NCBI GenBank assembly: GCA_044229975.1
Contig: JBGARZ010000016.1
Span: 32,001 to 96,000, forward strand
Length of the DNA: 64,000 bases
Source: Polyangiales bacterium
GTDB lineage: Bacteria > Myxococcota_A > Polyangia > Polyangiales > Ga0077539
Reading direction: 5' to 3'
Shown here: positions 57,572 through 64,000 of the stretch, one piece after another
Layout: every line of letters begins with the position of its first letter
How positions within the stretch are numbered: position 1 is the first letter of the stretch
Program-made: the position numbers and the translations under genes
The notes under the pieces: generated by a model
The model's database searches: none
Told to the model about the DNA's origin: nothing
The model's input: the letters and a program-made list of their open reading frames with translations, nothing else

Positions 57572-60500
57572 TCAGGGAAGCGGCGAGCGCGCGACGAGGC
57601 GCAGGGCGGACTCGCCGGTCGACATGATCAGGGTGTCGACGCCGTCGAAGGCGAGGCCCGCGACGAAGAACCCGTCGTCGTAGTCGTAGCTCCCGAGGGC
57701 CGTGCTGGTGCCGCCCGCGAAGGGCAGCGAGAACAGCCGGTCGCCCGACGAGTCGGCGAGGTAGTAGAGGCTGCGGACGTTGTCGACGGCGACGCCGTCG
57801 AAGGACACGCCGCTGCCCGTGAAGAGCGTCGACACCACGGCCCCGGCGGTCACGATCTTCACCGTGCTGCCGGCCACGACGACGGCGGTGTTGTTCGGGG
57901 TGAACGCGATGTCCGACCCGGTGCCGACGATGGTGGCGAAGTTGGTCACCGCCGCCGTGGCGGGGTTGACCATCCGCAGCTCGGCGAACTGCCCGACCAC
58001 CGCGATGAAGTCCCCGAAGGTGCTGAAGCCCGACGGGACGATCGCGATGGCGTTGGGCGCCCCCGAGATGGTCACGAGCAGCGACGAGGCGCCGGTCGAC
58101 GGGTTGATGGCGTAGAGCCCGCCCGTGTCGCTCACGGCGTAGATGGTGTTGCGCGCGACGTGGAAGGCCACGCTGAGCAGGCGGCCGCCGACGCCGCTGG
58201 CGACGACGCGCTGCGAGCCGTCGGTGCGCGACACCGAGATCACCTGACCCGACTGGGTGCCGAAGATCAGGTTGCCCAGGTTGTCGAAGGCCAGGTCGTT
58301 GTAGCTGCCCGGCGTGCCCGCGATGTCGATCGGGAAGAAGCGCGCCGGGAAGGGCAGCGCCACCGTCTGGCAGCGGGCCATGTTGCAGACCTGGCCGGCC
58401 GTGCAGCGAGTGCCGCAGGCGCCGCAGTTGTTGGGGTCGTAGCTGGTGTCGACGCACAGGCCGCTGCACGCGGTCTGACCCGTCGCGCAGTTGGCCTGGC
58501 AGGCGCCGGCCACGCAGACCTGCACGCCGGGGCACGCGGTGCCGCAGGCGTTGCAGTTGGCGCGGTCGGTCTGGAGGTCGCGGCAGGTGCCCGAGCACGC
58601 GGTCAGGCCCGTCGGGCACGACAGCACGCACGAACCCGCGGTGCACACCCGCCCGGAGGCGCAGACGGTGGTGCAGGTGCCGCAACGGTCGCGGTCGGTC
58701 TGGAGGTCGCGGCACACGCCCGAGCAGTTGGTCTGCCCCGGCGGGCACGACACCTGGCAGGCGCCCGCCACGCAGAGCTGGCCCGCCGCGCACGCGGTGT
58801 TGCACGCGCCGCAGTGGGCCCGGTCGGTCTGCACGTCGCGGCAGGCGCCCGCGCAGAACACCTGTCCGCCGCCGCACGTCGGCGCGCACACGCCGCCCGA
58901 GCACACCTCGCCGCTGGCGCAGGTGCGCGCGCACACGCCGCAGTTGGCGCGGTCGGTCTGGAGGTCGCGGCAGACGCCCGAGCACTCGTTGAGGCCCGCG
59001 CCGCACGACACCTGGCAGGTGCCTGCCGAGCACACCTGACCCGAGGCGCACGCGTTGCCGCACGCGCCGCAGTGGGCGCGGTCGGTGAGCAGGTCACGGC
59101 ACGCGCCCGCGCAGGCCGTCTGCGAGGACGCGCACGACAGGGCGCACACACCCGCGGTGCACACCTGGCCGGTCGCGCAGGCGTTGCCGCACGCGCCGCA
59201 GTTGGCGCGGTCGGTCTGGAGGTCGCGGCACACGCCCGAGCAGGCCGTCGAACCCGACCCGCACGAGACGGTGCAGACGCCCGCGACGCACACCGAGCCC
59301 GCCGCGCAGGCGTTGCCGCAGGCGTTGCAGTTGGCGCGGTCGGTCTGCAGGTCGCGGCACACGCCCGAGCACACCGTCGTGCCCGCGACGCAGCTCACCT
59401 GGCAGACGCCCGCGGAGCAGACCTGGCCCGCGGTGCAGGTCGTCCCGCACGCGCCGCAGTTGGCGCGGTCGGTCTGGAGATCGCGGCAGACGCCCGAGCA
59501 CTCCGACGTCCCGGAGACGCACGAGACCTGGCAGGTTCCGCCCGAGCAGAGCCGCCCCGGGGCGCAGGCGTTGCCGCACGCGCCGCAGTGACCGCGATCG
59601 GTCTGGAGGTCGCGGCAGATGCCCGAGCACTCCGTCGTGCCGCCCGCGCAGCTCACCTGGCAGACGCCCGCGGAGCACACCTGGCCCGCGGCGCAGGTCG
59701 TCCCGCACGCGCCGCAGTTGGCGCGATCGGTCTGGAGGTCACGGCAGGTGCCCGAGCACTCCGTCGTGCCCGCGCCGCAGGAGACCGAACACACCCCCGC
59801 GGTGCACACCGCGCCCGGGGCGCAGGCGTTGCCACACGCGTTGCAGTTGGCGCGGTCGGTCTGGAGGTCGCGGCAGACGCCGCTGCAGTCGGTGGTTCCG
59901 CCGCCGCAGGAGGTCTGGCACGAGCCCGCCGAACAAACCTGTCCAGCCGCACACGCCGTCCCGCAGACGCCGCAGTTGGCGCGGTCGGTCTGGAGGTCGC
60001 GGCAGAGCCCCGAGCAGTCGGTGGTTCCGCCGCCGCACGAGGTCTGGCAGGTGCCGCCCGAGCACACCTGGCCGGCGGCGCAGGTCGTCCCGCACGCGCC
60101 GCAGTTGGCGCGATCGGTCTGGAGGTCACGGCAGACGCCGGTGCAGTCGGTGGTTCCGCCGCCGCACGAGGTCTGGCACGAGCCCGTCGAGCACACCTGG
60201 CCCGCGGCGCACGCGTTGCCGCAGGCGCCGCAGTGGGCGCGGTCGGTCTGCACGTCGCGACACGAGCCCGAGCAGTTGGTCTCGCTGCTGCCGCAGTTCA
60301 CGACGCAGCTCCCGCCCGTGCACACCTGACCCGCGGGGCACGCGTTGCCGCACGAGCCGCAGTTGGCGCGGTCGGTCTGGGTGTTGGCGCAGAAGCGCTC
60401 CGCCCCGCCGTCGACGCCGGCGTCGGACGAGCCGCTGCACAGCGCGAGGGTGGGGCCGCACTCCAGCCCGCAGCGACCGGCGGCGCACACCTGCCCGGTG

Positions 60501-60841
60501 CCGCACGCGGTGCCGCACGCGCCGCAGTTGGCGCGGTCGGTGTCGGTCGACACGCAGCGGTTGCCGCAGAGGACCTGCCCATCGGGGCACGACACCCGGC
60601 ACGCGCCGGCGACGCAGACCTGGGTGCGCGGGCAAGAAGTGCCGCAGCTCCCGCAGTTGGTGGGGTCCTCCTGGAGGTTGGCGCACGCGCCGCCACAGGC
60701 GACCTGCGGGGACGAACACTGGACGTCGCGAGGAACGTCCATGCCGCCCGCGTCGTTGCCGCCGACGACGCTCGGGCCGCTGGTACAGCCCGCGAGCGCG
60801 AAGAGCGCGGCAAATAAGACGTATTGGTGAAGTCGTGTCAT
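57572..60841 (-). CDS. Cys-rich repeat lipoprotein with C-terminal beta-propeller
   Basis: Lipobox LAGC, 18 tandem 8-Cys repeats of about 43 aa (CRDLQTDRANCGACG), then blades DLAFD, SVAFH, DIAFT, DGVAVD, GLAFD. Confidence 0.88.
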   Translation of the reverse strand: MTRLHQYVLFAALFALAGCTSGPSVVGGNDAGGMDVPRDVQCSSPQVACGGACANLQEDPTNCGSCGTSCPRTQVCVAGACRVSCPDGQVLCGNRCVSTDTDRANCGACGTACGTGQVCAAGRCGLECGPTLALCSGSSDAGVDGGAERFCANTQTDRANCGSCGNACPAGQVCTGGSCVVNCGSSETNCSGSCRDVQTDRAHCGACGNACAAGQVCSTGSCQTSCGGGTTDCTGVCRDLQTDRANCGACGTTCAAGQVCSGGTCQTSCGGGTTDCSGLCRDLQTDRANCGVCGTACAAGQVCSAGSCQTSCGGGTTDCSGVCRDLQTDRANCNACGNACAPGAVCTAGVCSVSCGAGTTECSGTCRDLQTDRANCGACGTTCAAGQVCSAGVCQVSCAGGTTECSGICRDLQTDRGHCGACGNACAPGRLCSGGTCQVSCVSGTSECSGVCRDLQTDRANCGACGTTCTAGQVCSAGVCQVSCVAGTTVCSGVCRDLQTDRANCNACGNACAAGSVCVAGVCTVSCGSGSTACSGVCRDLQTDRANCGACGNACATGQVCTAGVCALSCASSQTACAGACRDLLTDRAHCGACGNACASGQVCSAGTCQVSCGAGLNECSGVCRDLQTDRANCGVCARTCASGEVCSGGVCAPTCGGGQVFCAGACRDVQTDRAHCGACNTACAAGQLCVAGACQVSCPPGQTNCSGVCRDLQTDRDRCGTCTTVCASGRVCTAGSCVLSCPTGLTACSGTCRDLQTDRANCNACGTACPGVQVCVAGACQANCATGQTACSGLCVDTSYDPNNCGACGTRCTAGQVCNMARCQTVALPFPARFFPIDIAGTPGSYNDLAFDNLGNLIFGTQSGQVISVSRTDGSQRVVASGVGGRLLSVAFHVARNTIYAVSDTGGLYAINPSTGASSLLVTISGAPNAIAIVPSGFSTFGDFIAVVGQFAELRMVNPATAAVTNFATIVGTGSDIAFTPNNTAVVVAGSTVKIVTAGAVVSTLFTGSGVSFDGVAVDNVRSLYYLADSSGDRLFSLPFAGGTSTALGSYDYDDGFFVAGLAFDGVDTLIMSTGESALRLVARSPLP

Positions 60842-61012
60842 GGGGTCGGAATCCTCCGTGTGGGGGGTTGGTGAGCGCGCGCTTCGACCCGACGACGCGG
60901 CGCGCCCCGCGAACATCGCACACAATCGCCGCGATCTCGCCGACTACGGTGCGCGGGTCTGACGCCCGCAGCTCCCCGCCTGGTGTCACATCGCAAGAGT
61001 TCTGGCGGGTTG

Positions 61013-61114
61013 GAGGCCGCAAGGGCGCCAGGGTCGCAAGGACAAGATGAGATGAGGTGTTGGTGAGTCGCTCTGTTCGTTCCTCCCTTGCGACCCTGGC
61101 GCCCTTGCGGCCTC
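61013..61114. repeat. Intergenic inverted repeat (REP-like)
   Basis: Perfect 29-bp arms at 61013-61041 and 61086-61114 with a 44-nt spacer. Confidence 0.85.
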
Positions 61115-61145
61115 TCCAGCCCGTCAGAACATTTGCGACGCGGTC

Positions 61146-64000
61146 CTACTCCGTCGTCGCGACCCCCCACAGCCCCGCCAGCTCCTTCACCCGCGCGTTG
61201 GGCAACCGCCGCGCCCAGAACCGCGCCCGCCGCTCCTCCGACGCGATGCGCCCCGCCACCGCGTCGATGCGCCCGTACGCCGCGGCCAGCGCCGCCACCG
61301 CGCCCGCGCGATCACGCCGCGCGTCCAGCACCTCCGCCAGCGCCAGGTCGGCCACGCCCATGAGCAGCTCGATGTCCCGCGCCGCGCCCTCGATGCGCGC
61401 CGCCTCGCGCGCCACCGCCAACCCCTGAACCACCGCCCCGCGCGCCACCAGCACCCGCGCCAGGAGCGCCATCGCCGACGGTCGCAGATCGCTTACCACC
61501 GTCAGCGCCAGCGCCGCCCGCGCCTGCTCGTCCGCGCCCGCGAGGTCGCCTCTCTCCAACGCCGCCCACCCGACAAACACCCGCACGATGAACGCAAACC
61601 GCGGCACCCCGGTCACCGTCGGCAGCGCCGCGCGCAGCGTCGCCTCCGCGCCCTCCGCTCCCGCCCACAGTTCCATCAGCCCCGTCACGGCGCCCGCGTA
61701 CGCCGTCAGGAAGCCCGACCGCAGACCGTCAGCCTCCACCTTCGCGAGCGCCAGCAGCTCCGCCCCGCGCGCCGCCTCGCCCGACCACGCGTGCAGGCTC
61801 GCGCTGTTGATGCGCGTGAGGCACAGCGCCCGTCGCGCGCCCGCCCGCTCGTACGCCGCGCAGCTCGCGTCGAGCTCTTCGAGGCACCGGTCGACGGCGC
61901 GCGCCCGCAGCCACAGCCCCTCGGCCTGCACGCGGTGCACCCATCCCCCGCGGTACGGATCGAGCGCCTCGGACGGCCGCGTGATCGCCAGCAGCGTCGC
62001 GTACACCTCGCGCAGGTCGCTCGGGTGATGCGCCCAGTAGAGCTGCGTCAGCCCCCGGCACAGCGCCGTCACCTGCGGCCCGCGCGCCTCCTCGCTCGCC
62101 GCCACCGCCGAGCCCGCGCGCAGCAACCACGCGGCCACGTCGTCGTTGCGCCCGCGCTGCCCCAGCGCCCCGATGGCCACCGACACCGCGTCGAACCACG
62201 GCCCGCTCCCCATCTCCAGCGCCTCGGCCGCTTCCGCCGCCCACGCCGATGCCGACTCCAGCTCGCCGCGCCAGAACGCCGCCTCGGCCTGTATCGCCCG
62301 CAGCGCGCCCAGCGCCGACGCCTCGGGTCCGCACGCCGCTGCCTTCTCCGCGAGCATCGATGCGCGCGCGAGGTCGTTGCCGTCGAGCGCCTCCTGCGCC
62401 GCCCGCTGGTAGAACCACGCCGCCCTCGGCCGCGCGTCGCCCTCCTCGAAGTGCCGCGCGAGCGTCGCCGGGTCGGCCTCGCCCATGAACTCCAACCACT
62501 CGCCCGCGAGGCGGTGGGCGTGCGCGCGGTCGCGTTCGGGCAGCGTCGCGTAGGCCGCGTCGCGCACCAGCGCGTGGCGAAACGAGTACTCCGCCTCCGA
62601 GGGGAAGCGCGACCGCGGGCGGCGCACCACCACCTCCTGCGCGACGAGGCGGGCGAAGCGCGCGGCCGCCAGCTCCGACGAGTGACTGCCGCCCAGCAGC
62701 GACGCCACCGCGCTCGGCCAGAACGCCTCCCCAAACACGCTCCCCGCCCGCAGCATCCGCCGGTCGTGGGCGTCGAGGCGATCCATCCTCGCCTGCAACA
62801 TCGCCAGCACCGAGTCCGGAACCACCTCCAGATCGCGCCCGCTCGCCGCCGCGCGCACCAGCTCCTCCAGGTGAAACGGGTGCCCCCCCGAGCGCTCGAC
62901 CAGCGCCCGCAGCAGCTCCTCGCTCGCCCCTTCGCCGAGCACCTCCCTCGCCACCTGCTCCGCCGCCCGCCGCGACAGCGGACCCAGCGCGACCTCCTCC
63001 ACCGACCGACGACTCCACAGCTCGGGGAAGGTCGTTCGCACCTCGGGTCGTGCCGCCGCCACCACCATCAACGGCGCCCCGGCGAGCGCGTCGAGGGCCG
63101 CGTCGAGGAGCTGCACCGAGGGCAGATCGCCCCACTGCAAGTCCTCCACGACGACGATGGTCGGCGCTCGCGCGCACTTCGCGCGCAGCCACGTCACCCA
63201 CGCCTCGCGCACCGCGTCGGCCATTACGGACACGTCCGACCGCGCCGCCTGCAGCGCCGCGCTCGCCTCTGCGTCGGGCACGCGCACCCCGCAGATCTCG
63301 CCGAGAAACTCCGCCACCTCGCGCGCGCGCTCGGCGGGCACAAGACCCGCCACCATCGTCCGAAGGTTCACTCGCTCGGCGTCGACGAGCTGCGACGCGA
63401 GCGCGAAGGGAGAGCCCGCGCGCGACACGTCTCCCCACGCCCGCAGCACCTGAACCCCCGCCCGCCGCACCCCAGCCCCGTGCGCGAACTCATGCAGCAG
63501 CCGCGACTTCCCCATGCCCGGCGCCGCCACGATGAGCACCGCCCGCGCCTTCGGCCCCGCTACACAATCGTCGAAGCCCGCCGCGAGCGCCGCGAGCTCC
63601 CGCTGCCGACCCGCGCACGGCGTCACCCGCCCCAGCACCGTGCGAACCCCCGCGGGCCCATCGCGCATCCCCGTGAGCGTGCGCCACTCACCCACACCTT
63701 CGGCGATGAAGCGATCGTCGAGCAGGTCGGCCGTCGCCGCGTCGAGTCGCACGCCCGCTCCGTCGGCGCCGCGCGACTGCATCGCCGTGAGCGCGGCCGC
63801 TGCTCGGTCGATGACCTCGCCCACCTGGAGGCTCCCGCTCACCACCACGCGGCCCGTCGCCACCACCTGGCATGACCCCACGCGCAGCGCCGCGAGCGTC
63901 AACGCGCACCGCGCGGCCAGCACCGCCTGCTCCGACGGCGAGGCGCCGCGGACGGTGATGAGGCGCGTTCCGTCGGCGAGCACCGCGAGCGAGCCGCCGA
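61146..64000 (-). CDS. STAND-type (AAA_16-like) ATPase with TPR-like C-terminus; 5' end outside the window
   Basis: GRQREL, Walker A AAPGMGKSRL, Walker B VVVEDLQWGD, RSGGHPFHLEEL, YSFRHALVRDAAY, helical repeats. Confidence 0.88.
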   Translation of the reverse strand, partial: GGSLAVLADGTRLITVRGASPSEQAVLAARCALTLAALRVGSCQVVATGRVVVSGSLQVGEVIDRAAAALTAMQSRGADGAGVRLDAATADLLDDRFIAEGVGEWRTLTGMRDGPAGVRTVLGRVTPCAGRQRELAALAAGFDDCVAGPKARAVLIVAAPGMGKSRLLHEFAHGAGVRRAGVQVLRAWGDVSRAGSPFALASQLVDAERVNLRTMVAGLVPAERAREVAEFLGEICGVRVPDAEASAALQAARSDVSVMADAVREAWVTWLRAKCARAPTIVVVEDLQWGDLPSVQLLDAALDALAGAPLMVVAAARPEVRTTFPELWSRRSVEEVALGPLSRRAAEQVAREVLGEGASEELLRALVERSGGHPFHLEELVRAAASGRDLEVVPDSVLAMLQARMDRLDAHDRRMLRAGSVFGEAFWPSAVASLLGGSHSSELAAARFARLVAQEVVVRRPRSRFPSEAEYSFRHALVRDAAYATLPERDRAHAHRLAGEWLEFMGEADPATLARHFEEGDARPRAAWFYQRAAQEALDGNDLARASMLAEKAAACGPEASALGALRAIQAEAAFWRGELESASAWAAEAAEALEMGSGPWFDAVSVAIGALGQRGRNDDVAAWLLRAGSAVAASEEARGPQVTALCRGLTQLYWAHHPSDLREVYATLLAITRPSEALDPYRGGWVHRVQAEGLWLRARAVDRCLEELDASCAAYERAGARRALCLTRINSASLHAWSGEAARGAELLALAKVEADGLRSGFLTAYAGAVTGLMELWAGAEGAEATLRAALPTVTGVPRFAFIVRVFVGWAALERGDLAGADEQARAALALTVVSDLRPSAMALLARVLVARGAVVQGLAVAREAARIEGAARDIELLMGVADLALAEVLDARRDRAGAVAALAAAYGRIDAVAGRIASEERRARFWARRLPNARVKELAGLWGVATTE

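Noticed and set aside
58370..60730. 129-bp periodic DNA repeats as a CRISPR or non-coding array
   Set aside because: They are in-frame 43-aa Cys-rich protein repeats with synonymous variation.

Overview
A very GC-rich bacterial chromosomal segment. Its gene content points to a Myxococcota (Polyangia-like) organism, by inference: many Hanks-type kinases, a TIGR02266-type PilZ-like protein, Cys-rich repeat lipoproteins and an FHA-sigma54 activator. The left half (1-31 kb) holds a two-component cluster, a LysR/cupin/MFS unit, a CLC-F-type fluoride exporter and mltA. It also holds two divergent 5'-truncated genes, an ALO-type FAD oxidase, a globin-coupled histidine kinase and a Usp gene (each with a sigma54-type promoter), UvrA2, a GH5 lipoprotein, an RND efflux operon, selO and an OmpR-family regulator. 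The right half (31-64 kb) is dense in signalling and cell-surface genes: four complete Hanks kinases, a RIO kinase, a partial STAND-type ATPase-TPR protein, an FHA-sigma54 activator, a TPR/PEGA-like protein and about eight lipoproteins, around recR-ybaB. At least three REP/MITE-like inverted-repeat families and a 22-bp tandem repeat lie in or between genes. I saw no rRNA, tRNA, CRISPR array or transposase. The best candidate for an undescribed system is the kinase + TPR/PEGA + Cys-lipoprotein + FHA-sigma54 module at 47.5-54.7 kb. A putative O2-responsive sigma54 regulon with a shared enhancer motif at 15.9-18.2 kb is the second candidate. All family calls come from reading motifs by eye, not from database searches.
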